Shown here: positions 40,200 to 54,240 of the stretch, piece by piece
Numbering within the stretch: position 1 is the stretch's first letter
Layout: every line of letters starts with the position of its first letter
Assembly (NCBI RefSeq): GCF_006345805.1
Contig: NC_043014.1
Span: 21,886,001 to 21,950,000 of the forward strand
DNA from: Octopus sinensis
Lineage: Eukaryota
Length of the DNA: 64,000 nucleotides
Direction of reading: 5' to 3'
Notes under the pieces: model-generated
What the model saw: only the letters and a program-made list of their open reading frames with translations
Database searches by the model: none
Told to the model about the DNA's origin: nothing
Made by a program: the position numbers and the translations under genes

Positions 40200-40906
40200 A
40201 ATCTCGGTACAATTGTTTCGTACGAGGACATCTTTAATAAGCTACAAAAAATGCAATAAATACAGATGGCTCCTACTCGTCAGCCGAAAAAACATCAAAG
40301 AATTCCCAAACATCAAAAGGGGTAGATTCAAATGAGGGTGTAAGATTAACTGCATTGAAGAAAGTTCGATTCCTGGAGATCCGATGAAAGGTCTTAAACT
40401 TACAGAATTTGTGCATGTCTATATATAGCTCATATTGAATTGTTAATCAAGTTATGTGAAGAAATATCGGATCTCCAGGAATCGAACTTATCTGTGATTC
40501 TTGTAAATTTCAATAACAATCTGTTCCTCTACACGATATGACAGTCACTTTGCTTCTTACTCGGATTTTCCTCTACACGATATGACAGTCACTTTGCTTC
40601 TTACTCGGATTTTCAGAAATTTCGCATGACTGTATCCGAAATTTCTTCACATAACTTGATTAACAATTCAATATGAGCTATATATAGACATGCACAAATT
40701 CTGTAAGTTTAAGACCTTTCATCGGATCTCCAGGAATCGAACTTTCTTCAATGCAGTTAATCTTACACCCTCATTTGTATCTACCCCTTTTGATGTTTGG
40801 GAATTCTCTGATGTTTTTTCGGCTGACGAGTACGAGCCATCTGTATTTACTGCATTTTTTGTAGCTTATTAAAGATGTCCTCGTACGAAACAATTGTACC
40901 GAGATT
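40200..40906. mobile_element. Young foldback element or MITE with TIRs of about 270 bp
   Basis: 40200-40471 vs 40631-40906 show 5 mismatches by eye; the spacer holds a tandem duplication of about 44 bp. Confidence 0.85.
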
Positions 40907-41135
40907 TTAATCCATTCTTGTTGCTTTTCCCCTATATATACATATATAATATATAAAGGCGCGGTCAGGTGTGAGTGTGTGGTAAGAAATCTGCTTTCCA
41001 ACCGCATGCTTCCTAACCATTGCGTGACACCTTGGGCAAGTGACTTCCACTATAGCTTCGGGCTGACCAAACCCCTGTGAGTAGATCTCGCAGAAGAAAA
41101 TTGAAAGAAACCCGTCGTTTATATATATATGAATC

Positions 41136-41227
<92 letters not shown>

Positions 41228-41639
41228 GATTCAGTTGAATTAGGTACTTAAGTTGAGGCATCAAGTCAGTCCGGTATCGCTGCATTGGATCTTTTGATTG
41301 TGATAAGGATAAAGAGGAATGTAGCCATATTACCACTACTCTTTCTTGACCTTCATTGTTATTTTCTTCTGCTCCTCTAAATTATAGTAGACTTTAAGTA
41401 TTTTCTCCCTGAGTTCATTCTGCTACAATAATAGCAGTAAGCAATGTCATTCTTTTATTCTCTAGTTCTGAGGAAAAGTCTGCTAAAAAATTATAATGAA
41501 ATATCCTATATGCCGAAAACTTATATATGGTCTTATGCTTCCGAGGAGAGCGGGTTATTTCAAATTGATGATGTAATGCTTGCATTGATCGATTGAATGG
41601 AGCCGCTTGAAATGGCCATAATGTACTAATACCTGAACA

Positions 41640-42847
41640 TCCTTGTTACTTATTTGCTTTATATAAATATATATTAGAAGGTTTGGAGATGATGTACAGG
41701 TATTTTATATTAGAAGAAATGAGGTACTCAGAAATTCGGATGGTTTTATATTTACAGATATTTATTTGTATATTACATGTTTTTATACATCATATATTAG
41801 CGCTTTCGTCCATTCTGGTGGATTTTTCAAATTGAACTAAGTTCCTGTGGAAAAAGTTTTTGACCATTTTATAGTATTATTGAGTGTGTAGTGGTGGGGA
41901 GGGATATAAGATAGTACAAGAGGGTGATGAATGGGGAGAAAGTGAGAGAGAGAGCATGTGTGTGTGTGTGCGTGTGTGTATTTTTGTATCTGAAAATGGT
42001 GTTAGAGAAAAAGAAGGGAAGGAAGAAAAGGGAGAGAAAGAAGACCATAAATTATATTTCCTTTTTATCATTGTCTTGTGTGTTAAGGAGGAATGGTCAA
42101 GTTGTTAAGAGTAATCAGTGCCACTTCTGTTTTTATTTTTTTTTTGCAACTGTAAATGGCTTTTGGTTTTTAGAAATTGGCCATTTCAAAAAAGAATCGT
42201 CTGGAATTCTTTTTATTATTGTTTTGTGAAGGTGTGTGTGTGTGTGTGTGCGTGCGTGCGTGTGTGTGTGTGTGTGGGGGGGTGCCTGTGAATCTGGAAG
42301 GGGTGCCGTTGGAGAAGGGAAGAAAGAAGAAAAAGATGAAGAAGAAATAATTGTATTGATATTTATACCACTATTCAGTTCTTTCAATCCAATGTTTGAT
42401 TCCTGTGCTTACATGGGATGGAAAATCTGGATTACAAAAACAGGTTTGTTTTATTCCCATTTTAAAAGTCAATTTGCTTTGGTGATCAGCAAGAATATAG
42501 AATAATATACAGTGTACTAAGTGCTACACTATGTTTGTTAAATTATAAATTGAAAGATTTGTCCTTCAATGTATGATGAGCAAAATTTCATAAGGTCCAT
42601 ACTTGAAAAAGAGACTTTCTTGTGTTGAAGTTACAGATGACAGAATACAAACCGACAACAACTGAGTCTGTTGTCTGATCTTCAATTGATTTAGTCTAAT
42701 ATCTCACTGATTGACAGCTAAATAAATATTAAGTTTTATCATACAGAAGCAACTGGTTCCACAAATTAAAGTAAAATGGTTTCATTCAAATATTAGAATA
42801 TCATTTGTTCAATGTTGTATTTTCGAAAACCAAAACATATGTGTAGA

Positions 42848-42912
<65 letters not shown>

Positions 42913-44303
42913 AATACAATTTATTTTGCAAATCTGGTCCTTCATCTGGTACAGCTTATTATAGAGATATTTTCAGCCATTCAATTTGGGGGAGAACTTA
43001 GTTATGAAGTATTTTTCCATAATCCTCCTGAAGGAGGTGTCATTCTTTGGACATTTGTAGAAGGGAAAGATCTTAAATTTTCTTTCTCCACATGTATCTA
43101 GGTGTTTACTCAGTGGTATCTTGCGCAGTTCTTCCCGTCGGACATGTTGTCGGTGAATCCTGGCTCGTTGGCATAAAGAATTTCCAGTTTCACCTATGTA
43201 ATCCTCCTTGCACGTGGGGCAAGTTATGCAGTATATTACATTCTGCGTCTTGCAGTTCATATCTGCATTTATTTTGAATATGTGACCACTTTTAAATTTC
43301 ATTTCTTTGTCTCCCTCTATGTATTTGTAGGAGGGGGCTACTGCAGATCCCACATCTACCATCTCCGCACTCTTTTACAAAGAATTCAGTTTTAGTTTCT
43401 GATGAGAATTTCGCTCTTGTTAGTTGTTTCTTCAGGTTTTTGTCTTGTCGTCTACTGTTTTTTATGCAATATTTGTTTAGTATGTCTTCCATTTTGGGGC
43501 TTTGTAAGACTATTGGTAGGTTTGAATGTATGATTTGAAACATGTTGGTAACTCCAGGGTTGTGTGTGTTTATGAAAGGGATAATGTTTTCTTTGTTTTT
43601 TCTTTTGGATGTCCTGAGTTGTGTGATGTCTAGTTTCATTGCTCTTGAGATTCCATTTTTTATTAGTTTAAGGGGGTAGTTTTTGTTCTAGTAGGAAGTT
43701 TTTAAGTTCATGTAGTCTTATCAGGCGTGTTTGTGAGTCAGTTACTATGCTGCATATGCGTCTTGCCATACTATATGGGATGTTTCTTTTTAAGTGGGAT
43801 GGGTGGCAGGAGTAGAAATTTAAATATTGGTGTGTGTCGGTATTTTTGTTGTGGATGTCTGTTGTGATGATGGAGTTGTGTATCTTGATGTTGATGTCTA
43901 GGAAGGGAAGTTCGTTGTGGCTGGTATCTATTGTGAAGTTGATAGATGGGTGCAGTGTGTTGAGGATGTTGTGGAATGTTCGTATGTCTTCTGATCTGTT
44001 CCAAAAGATGAAGCAGTCATCGAGGTAGCGTTTCCACTTTTTCTTGATGTCTTCTCTGAAGTCGTGTTCTTTTTCTCCAACACTACTTTCAGATACAAAA
44101 ACACACACACGCACACACGCGCGCACACATACATACACATGCTCTCTCTCTCACTTTCTCCCCATTCATCACACTCTTGTACTATCTTATATCCCTCCCC
44201 ACCACTACACACTCAATAATACTATAAAATGATCAAAAACTTTTTCCACAGGAACTTAGTTCAATTTGAAAAATCCACCAGAATGGACGCAATTTGAAAA
44301 ATC
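41640..44303 (-). mobile_element. 5'-truncated Penelope-like retroelement (RT C-terminus plus GIY-YIG endonuclease) with an inverted terminal repeat
   Basis: Minus-strand ORFs: 43668-44060 (RYLDD...LPFLD...CHPSH), 43292-43639 linker, 42973-43362 GIY-YIG (VIYCITCPTC...YIGETG...R..H...E..FI...LN); frameshifted. 41807-42015 is inverted at 44067-44289. Outer boundaries are approximate. Confidence 0.85.
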
Positions 44304-44325
44304 TAAATATATACATATATATGTA

Positions 44326-47300
44326 ATAATGGAAGTCTGTTGGGGTTCGCCAATGACGTCAGTAATGCCAGAGGTGGGAGCGTAACCCAAAGGCAGACGC
44401 GGCCATAAGTTGGGCCCGTAGCAGCAGTAGGGTTGGGGATCCTCTCTTTTCGGGCTTGTCGTTTCTGGTCCAGGCTCTTGAGACGCTTTTCCTCAAACAG
44501 CCTAACACCCTTTTGGACAGCTGGACGCCAGGCGCCGCGGTCAGAGGCAATCGATTCCCAGCCACTGGCTGAAATGCCGCAGGCCTCAAGGGAAGTATTC
44601 AGGCTGTCCTTGTATCGCCTCAGTGGCTTTCCATGGTTTCTTGCTCCAGAAGCCAGCTTAGAGAAGATCATCTTTGGTAGACGTGCATCATCCATTTGGA
44701 CTACATGTTCGACCCACCCGAGCTGGGCCTTTATGATGAGGGCTTCGATCTCGAGCATTTCGGCTCTGCGAAGCACCTCAGTGTTGGAGGCTCTGTCCTC
44801 CCAGGAAATTCCCATGATTCGTCGCAAGTAACAGAAGTGGAACTGGTCAAGCACTCGCATTTGCCTCTCCTACAGCATCCACGTCCCACAGCCGTAGAGC
44901 AGAGAGGTGATGACGACTGACCTATAGACTGTCAGCTTGGTGGAAAGTCTGATGCCTCATTCGGCCCACACACGTGTCCAAAGTCTGCCAAACGAAGCTC
45001 CTGCTTTTGCAAGCATCATAGAGACATCTTTGTCCATGTTTGAGGACAGGCAGCTTCCCAGGTATGTAAAGCTCTCCACGTTGTTCAGAGTTGTACCCTC
45101 AATCTCAATCTGAGGCTCAGGAGGTGTCAGGCTAGGTGCAGGCTGAAGCATCACTTCAGTTTTTCGCAGGTTAATGGTCAATCCGAAGGCTTTTGCTGCT
45201 TCTGCGAGACAAGTGGCAAGTTCCTGCAGGTCTGGTTCATTCAATGCTGTAAGCGCACAATCGTCTGCAAACTGGAAGTTTCTCACTAGGGCGTCCAGGA
45301 CTTTGGGCTTTTGTCTTCAGACGTCTGAAGTCAAAGAATCGGCCGTCACATTTGTTGCGAATAGTGACACCAGCATCAGACTTTGACAGGGCGCGGAAGA
45401 GCATGGTGGCAAAGATGAGGATGAGTGTGGGAGCCATCACGCAGCCTTGCTTCACGCCATTGGAGACCGGGAATGGATCAGAGATATCTCCGTTTTCCAC
45501 GATGCGAGCCATCATGCAATCACGAAATGACTGGATGATCCATGCAATCATGAAATGACAAGATATCCCACAGGCCCTTTCGGGGGATATCATGTCAAAA
45601 ACCTTCGTCAGGTCCATGAAGAGGATGTAGAGGTTCTGGTTTTGTTCTTGGCACTTCTCTTTTATCTGCCGTACTGCAAAGACCATGTCTATTATCCCCT
45701 GTTGTTCCTAAATCCACACTGGCTCTCTGAGACCACGTCATCAAGCAAGTGGTGTGTGATGCGGTTCAGAAAAACACGGGCCATGATCTTTCCACCTCTG
45801 TGGTTGTCACATGAAGCTCTGTCCCCCTTGTTCTTATACAGATGCACGATGTTGGCATCCTTGAAGTCCTGCGGCACTGACCCTTCATCCCAGAACTGCT
45901 GTATCAGCTCAGTCAACTTGATGGCAACAACTTCACCTCCCTCTTTGAAGATCTTTGGGGGTATTCCGTCAGGACTAGGTGCTTTCTCCACATGTAGTTG
46001 CTTGATGGCCTTCTGGATTTCTGCCAATGTTGGGTCATCAAGCGACACCAGGGCTGGGCGCTGTGGAATGTCTTGGATGGCCTGCTGGTCAATCTGGGAA
46101 GGTCTGTTTAGCAGCTGACTGAAGTGTTCACTCCAGTGCTGTTTGATGTCGCTCTTCTCAGTAAAGGTTCCATCGGCAGAGCGCACATGTGCCATTGCAT
46201 TTAGCGTGGGGCCATACACGTCTTTCAGGCCGGCAAAGAACTTCTTGGAATTGTGCTCGTCTGCATACTGCTGTAGTTCTGCAGCCTTGTTTTCCCACCA
46301 CTTGTCTTTCATCTGTCGCAGCTCAGTCTGCACCTTTCCTCTGATGTTCTTGAGGCGGTCGTGCTTGACTTGGGAGTCTTTGTCATTGAGCCAGGCTGTG
46401 AAGGCTTCTTTCTTCTCCTGGAGGAGGGTGGTGATCTCCTTGTTGTTGTCAAACCAATCTTGTTGTTTCCGTTTTGTGTGGCTTAGAGTAAGGCTGGCAC
46501 AGTCATACATTGCATCCCGGAAGTTGGCCCAGGCCTTCTCAAGGTTTCCCTCTGCTGGCAGATGTTCAAGCTGGTTCGCAAGGTTGTCAACGAGGGTCTC
46601 TTTTGTTTTTGGTTCATTGAGTTTCTGGACGTCTAGTTTCTTTTTAACATCAGCTTTCTGGCGTCTATGTCTGCTGACGATGGAAAAGGACAGTCTGCAC
46701 CTCAACAGCAGGTGATCTGTCCATCAGTCAGCTCCCCTCATTGCCCTAGTGATGGGAACATCCTGGATGTCACGGTGCCTGGTGATCACATAGTCAATCA
46801 GGTGCCAATGCTTGGACCTTGGGTGCATCCAGGTAGCCTTGTGGATGTCAGGCAGTTGGTACAGGGTACTGGTGGTGGTGAGTCTCTGTTCAGCGCAGAA
46901 GGTGAGTATCAGTTGACCGTTGGTATTCTCATGTCCGATGCCATGTGGACCGATGGTATCAGGCCAAGACTGGGCATCTTTGCCTACACGCATTGAAGTC
47001 CCCGAGTATCAGCTGCTTGTCGTCTTTAGGAAATGGCCGTAGCACTTTGGTGAGGTTCTGATTGAACAGCTCTCTCTGCTCCAGAGTGTAAGCACTGATG
47101 AGTGTCAGGTGCATCTTGCCTTGGAGAGGAATTCTCATCACCATCAGGCGGTCGCTGATTCCTCTTGGGAGTGACTCCAGGTTCGAATGATAAAGCCAAC
47201 TCCTGCTTCCCTGCGTTCATCCGGTGCCTCCCCTAACCAAAAGAAAGCGTATCCAGCTCTAGCCTCGGTGATCTCCCCCGTGGCGGCAAGGCGTGTCTCG

Positions 47301-48420
47301 CTGAGGGCCGCAACATCAATGCTGTATCTCTGCAGTTCACGACCCACAAGCGCTGTTCGACGTTCTGGCCTGTCACAGTTTTGGTTGTCTATGAGTGTCC
47401 TGATGTTCCAGGCTCTAACACATAAAGTGATTTTCCGGTGGGAGGATTTTGGGTTCTTCTTTCGTATTTCTTTCATGTTTCGACCGCGCGGTAGATGACT
47501 AGTCAGCTGTGGTATGCTGACAGGATGAGATGAGGCAAGCTTTCTTTAGGTCACCTTCCCCCTAAGGAGGGGAGCAGCGCTATCCCTAAAGAGGGCTGCT
47601 CCGTCTTCAGAGTGGCTGCCGAACTATGCCTTTGCCCCGGTAGGCTGCAGAACGACCATCCTGCCCTGACCGCCCGAGTGCAGGTCCACGGCTAGCAGCT
47701 CCTAGCGCCATCCTGCACCTGCCACCGTCAGCACTCGCCCATCGCCTCAGGATTTGGAAGAAGAAGTAGAGGGAGTTGAGTCACTGAATCCTGGACAAGA
47801 GAACTGTGGAGGTCTTAGGTTGCTCAAGCCCAGGAAGCCCCTCTTGGTCCAGCCGATCTAGCCAGGAGGGACGCAGAACGACACATCCTAGCCATGACTG
47901 GACTGCAGGCGCTGCCGGAGAGATGATGGACTTCACCACCTAACCGCCTTAGGGGCTCCACTCCGGATTTGGATACGGTTTACTCCTTAGCTTTTGATTA
48001 ACCAAAAAAACTTACCCGCAAGGCAGCGGGAAACCCTTGGAGGGCGGGGACGTCTCACTACCCGTACAGGACCAGAAAGACCAGCCCACTGCCCATACGA
48101 TATATAAAATTTTATAATAAAAAAAATAAAAAAAAAACAAAACACACTATATACAATACACGCACACACAGAGTCCAAAATGCAACATACACAATACACA
48201 CACACACAAACACTCCACAAACACACATAGTTGAATGGTCGTTGACTACATTGTAGCACTTCCGCTCTTTGAAAGGTCTTAATTTTTGTCCCGCAGGGTG
48301 TTCAACAAGCACCCACCTCACCAAGCAAGCCTCGTGGGGTTGCCAGTTTAGTCGCCGACGACCCGACTATAAAACAGGTTGTACTGGGCTACATGGTACT
48401 AGTAGCACTCGAGAGCGACC
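44326..48420 (-). mobile_element. Near-full-length RTE/BovB-type LINE (APE endonuclease plus RT), disrupted
   Basis: Minus-strand ORFs: AWNIRTL...DVAALSETR, ILGDFN, WHLIDYVI (EN); KAPSPDGIP, SQCGFR, GVKQGCVMAP, FADD (RT); RTE C-terminus. At least 6 frame breaks. The 5'UTR boundary is approximate. Confidence 0.92.
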
Positions 48421-48454
48421 TGACATAATACGTACATACATACATACACACACA

Positions 48455-48502
<48 letters not shown>

Positions 48503-48989
48503 ACAAGATTTAGTTGAATAAGGTACTTAAGGGTAATGCACCTAAATTTTTTTTAATGTCCTTGATTGTTAAATTCATGTATTCATCTGAAGAAAAGGTT
48601 TTTTTTAATAATGATATAATGTTTTCATTGATCAATTAAAAAATTCGTTAGAAACGGCTTTAATGAACTGACACCTATCCATCAATTGTTAGTTATTTAT
48701 ATTTATATATTTGTGCATGTATGTGTGAGTGTGTGTGTGTGTGTGTGTGCGCGCGCGCGCCTTTGTTTATGTGTTTGTCCCTACCACTGCTTGCCAACCG
48801 GTATTGGTTTGTTTACTTCTCCGTAACTTAGGGGTTTAGGGGTTCGGCAGAAGTGATCAATGGAATAAGTCCCAGGATTTTGAAAGAAATGAATTCTAGG
48901 GTTTTGAAAGAAACGAATACAAGGCAGTGACCCCAGCAAAGCCACAGTCAAAGTAAAAGATAAACAAGGAAAAGATAAAGATATTCGCG

Positions 48990-49026
<37 letters not shown>

Positions 49027-49479
49027 TTTCAAAGTTCAGTCAGCCTCAACCAGCGAGGGGAAATGGCTTGTTAGTATGTACCATGCTTTCGTAATGATTT
49101 TAGGTGCATAAGGAGTCGCTGGAAGAAATGGTTACTCTCACGTCCCACTTACTCTTAACCCAGAGGAACGGTCCAGAATGTGACAGTCGCAGGGAGAGAA
49201 GACTGCACCAACACCCCTGAGTAGACTGGACCAACGTAAAATAATGTCTCATGTGCAAGGACACAACAGATCACCCGATTCAGGAATTGAACGTATGACC
49301 ATACGACCATGAGCTGAACACTCTTAACGCATAGGTCAAGTGTATCAACGTGCGCGCGTGCACACACACATACATCCTCACACCACACTACACATAAATC
49401 CTTTCGTCGTGAAACTTTAAAAAGACAGGAATGCATCTTGCTCTCTCTCTCTCTCCCTCTCCCCCCTCTTTTTTGTCAG

Positions 49480-49571
49480 ATATGTTATCTGGCTCTTATA
49501 GCGATAACAATGAATTATCAAAGAAAATAAATCTGGCTTTGAATAAAACGTCTGTATACTCTACAGACAAT
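49480..49571 (+). other. Candidate internal coding exon of an unidentified gene
   Basis: Long pyrimidine tract plus ttttgtcAG; donor AAT|GTAAGT; one open frame (DMLSGSYSDNNELSKKINLALNKTSVYSTDN). Confidence 0.4.
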
Positions 49572-51001
49572 GTAAGTGCGAAGTATGGAAGATACGACAG
49601 TGTTTATAGAATAGAAAATCGGCACAAAGAATATCATTCCTGCAATTGTCTATCGTAGATTTTGTAGAATGCAGCATATCTTGCTACAGGAAACTTTTAA
49701 TGCTTAGAAGATTGAACTCAGAGGGTACTATCACTTTAGCATCGCGTCTGAAATGACTACACAATTAAAGGAATTTTGTGAATTCGTGAATGTTAATGAT
49801 TGCAATATGTTACGACATGTAACTAAATGATTCTGTCTTTAGAAATAATACTAGTAAGTCTAGGTGAGGAAGAATGACCCACGGCACTCTGGGAGTGCTT
49901 TGAACATGAAGGAAATCCTTGTAAATTCTTGGAAATTTATGTTTCTTCCTCAATTACATGCTTCAGTCACTACCGAAGCACTAGAAGACAGGCCATTCAA
50001 TATAATTTCAATATTTAAGCCAATGGATGAACCGTATAGATAATTTGAATGACGAATAAAGGACTGTTTATTTTATTTATTTATTTTAATTTGCTTCAGG
50101 CAAGGGATTAGCCAGCTTAGCACTGAAGTATCTAAAAATGTGAAGCAGATTCATTGTTGTCTATGATAGAGCCATAAAGTACGAGTCCTAGCTGACAAGT
50201 GTGACATCTCTAAAGATAGTTTTCATAATAAATTATTGAAACTTAGCCCAACACGTGCAACATCATTTTAAGAATGCTATGATGCAGTGAAGGCCTGTAA
50301 CCGTCAAGATATTCATACTCATGGATTATACGAAGAGTATCAGATGGTAGATAGTCATAAGTAAAGAACCTTATCTTAAATTAGTCAATAAGTCTGTGGT
50401 GTCTTTTACAAATCTGAAGACGTGTCTGATTATGTTTTCTGTTGTTCGGTATGATCAAATGCCCTTTGTAAATCGCATTTATGATTTGCTATTATTAATT
50501 ATCAAGCACAGAAATATGTGTAATGGATGATATTAAGGAATGCCAAATTCACGCTCCATGTTTCTCTCTCCTTCTGTCTGTCTGTCTGCCTAATTCCCCC
50601 CTCTCTCATATGTGTGTGTATACACATACATACATGCAAATATAGATGTGTGTGTATGTGTGTGTGTGTGTCTGTATGTGTGTAAAACACGTATGTAAAG
50701 ATAGATTAGATACATACCATAGATATATATATACACACATACATACACACTTATATGTATGGATGTATGTGTGAATGTGTGTGTATCTGTCTATGTATGT
50801 ATGTATGTATGTATGTATGTATCTGTCTGTCTGTCTGTTGAAACCGACAGATGATGGTTTTGCACTTTGTTGCTGAAAAACCTGCACATATATATTATAT
50901 GTAATATGTGTATGTGCGTGCGTGTGTGAATGTGTGTGTATGTATGTGTGTATACAAACATACATACATATACATGCATACATACATACATGCATACATA
51001 C

Positions 51002-51077
<76 letters not shown>

Positions 51078-51337
51078 CATACACCTGTCTCGTCTTTTGT
51101 TTTTCTGTAAGTTTCAACTATATATGTATGTGCATATACATACACACACATATATATATATACACATGTACATATATATGTGAATGTATGTATGCATGTA
51201 TGTGTATATATATATATATTATATATATATATATACTTACGAACACATGCATATATATGTGTGTATGTGTGTGTGTGTGCGTGTATGTGTGTGTGCGTAT
51301 GTGTGTGTGTGAGTGTGTGTGTGTGTGTGTGCGCGTA

Positions 51338-51373
<36 letters not shown>

Positions 51374-51660
51374 TGTGTGTGTGTGTTTCTGCATTCTAAC
51401 ACCAACCAGTCGTATTAACACATTGAGTTGCGATGTCAGTCGTACTTTAGGCATGTGTGATCGTTAAAGAAATGCTGCACTGTGTTCTGCTGTGTATTTG
51501 TATACAGCACGGTACCCCCGTTTTATCCTGTTCTACCCAATCTTTTCTTGATCTTTATTTCTCAGCACCACTGTTTCGGTCTTCCTCTTTCCGTCTCATT
51601 TCCTTCTCTCTCTCTCCCTCTTCTTACTCTCTCTCCACATACACTTATAAACGTATGTTT

Positions 51661-51747
<87 letters not shown>

Positions 51748-51989
51748 GTTTGTCTAACCATCTAGCTATCTGTCTGTCTGTCTACCTGTCTATCTACGCA
51801 GCAATGATGCATGCACTCACGCACGCTTGCATACGCGCGCGCGCACACACACACTCACGCACACACTCACACATACACACACACATACACACACAATACA
51901 GGGCGCCGAATCATGTTTCCATCTCACCCCCCCCCCATCATTCACAGGCCATCGTTTTGCAGCAGGCCTTCAGAAATGCTGAGGGGCGG

Positions 51990-52970
51990 ACGTGTTAGGG
52001 GTGGGTGCGTGGCAGTAGGTGTGAGGGTGGATAAGAAACGTGATGCTGTTTTTGTTATTGTTGGTCAGGGTAGTGATGGTGGTACATACGATAAGAGTTA
52101 ATGTTATTCGTGGTGATGCTGGCAGTGATGATGTTGATGACTTTGTTGTTGTCGGGATTGTTGGTGTTGAGAGTAATTTTGTTGTTATTGGTGCTGATGG
52201 CTGCAATGGAGTTTGTGTTGTTATTGTTGGTGGTGTCCATGGTTGTAGTGGTGATAGTGGTGTTGATGATGATAATGGTGGTGTTGGTGGTGGTGATGGA
52301 GATGATGGTGGTGGTGATTATAGTTTTGTTGTTGTTGTTGGTGGTGGTGTTTGTGTTGGCAGTGATGATAACGACCACGATGTGGATGACATCACTGTGG
52401 CCCGCCTCCTCGTGATCAGTCCCTCCTTGTTTCACCGTTGCAATTAACATTGACACCGTCACCAGCACCAGCGCCATCACAACTGCTACTAACAACAACA
52501 ACAATAATAGCAACTAAGTCCACCACCACCACCACTACCACTACCACAAACAACACAGCACCTCTACCAACCCACCTCCAAGCCATCACCACCAACAACA
52601 ATAATCACGACGACAACTACGTCACCACCACCACCACCACCACCACCACCACCACCACCACCACCAACACCAATACCAGTAGCAGCAGCAGCAACAACAA
52701 CAATAACAACAACAACAAAACCACGTGCCAACTATGTAGTCACAATGTTGTCACTTGTTCTGCCAGAAAAAGCAGCCAAATCTAATCTCACATCGCCCCA
52801 CTGCTAAAATAAGGGGAAAATAAACATGCATTGATTGAATAATGTAGACCTTGATACATAGTCTGAAAAATAAAAGACGAGAAGGTCACGGCTGGAACGC
52901 CTTCAATCAAGGTTGAGTGGCGCTAAACAAACAAGAGCAGTACCATCACCACCACCACCACCACCACCAA

Positions 52971-53013
<43 letters not shown>

Positions 53014-53392
53014 GCCAAAACCAACATAACTACCACTACAACTACTACTATTACCACAACCACCACTGCTATCATCACCACTACCACCTTCACCCCAGCG
53101 CACCTACTATTTCCACGTCACTCCTCTCACCGCTCCCTCTCCCACAATATAACACCACCCTACCTCCCAATACTACTAAAATAGCACTATTGCAACACTA
53201 CATCGCAATCACCACAACCACTACAAACACACCACCACCATACTCATCATTACAACACCCCAGCTTGTACACCGCCACCATCATTGGAGTCACGCCTAAA
53301 TTTTAGATAACAGTACCATTTAGTGTCAACAACAGTAGTAGTAGTAGTATCAGTAGCAGAGGAGTAGTAGTAGTTGCAGCCGCAGCAGCAAC

Positions 53393-53451
<59 letters not shown>

Positions 53452-54240
53452 CAGCAGCAGCAGAAATAGTAGCAGTGGTAGTAATTGCTGCTGCTGCTGA
53501 GAGCAACAGCAGAAGTAACAGTAGCGCCACCGTCCGTAAACAATGGAAAACAGTCAACAGATCGATAAGACGAGTAATGGCTGGCAGTGATCTCAGCTGA
53601 ATGGAATTTGTTACTGAATGAACTGAATCCGTCGTCGCCGCCGCCGCCGCTGCCACCACCACCACCACTAACAACAACAACGGCAACAAAATCATCGTCA
53701 CCACTACCACTATCACCACCGTCACCGTCACCGTCAACGCCACCACAACCACCACCACCAACGACGACAACAACTTTACTAAACACTGCCAACAGCGCCA
53801 GCACCAACATTGCACATGCATCACTAATGAATCACCACCAAAACTGCACCAGCATGTTTGTTGCAGCACCACTAAAACTGCACAACCAGCAACACTGCAT
53901 TACTGTCATTGAACTTTCTGCACTGCTTTACCTACCAACAGTACTGTACCACCACCACCACCACCTTCACCCTCAGCACCACCAGCACCGTCAGCAGCAG
54001 CAGCACCAGCACCAGCACCACCACCGCCACCACACTATCACCACCAGCACCACCACCAAATACCACTAGCACCACCAGCACCGCCAGCTGCAGCAGCACC
54101 ACCACCACCAGCACCACCACCGCTACCACTAGCACCACCACCACTACTACCACCAGTATCAGCACCACCACCGCCACCACCAGTACTACTAATCCCAGCA
54201 CCACTACAGTACCACCACTACAAACATCATCACGCCATTT
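51990..54240. repeat. Compound trinucleotide low-complexity tract (GGT/GTT, ACC/AAC, ACT/AGT blocks of alternating polarity)
   Basis: Direct reading; source of the many poly-T/V/Y/H ORFs in the ORF track. Confidence 0.9.

Noticed and set aside
50100-50365. Acceptor at 50099 and a protein-like stretch (ECYDAVKACNRQDIHTHGLYEEYQM)
   Set aside because: All frames from the acceptor hit stops; cannot be supported as an exon
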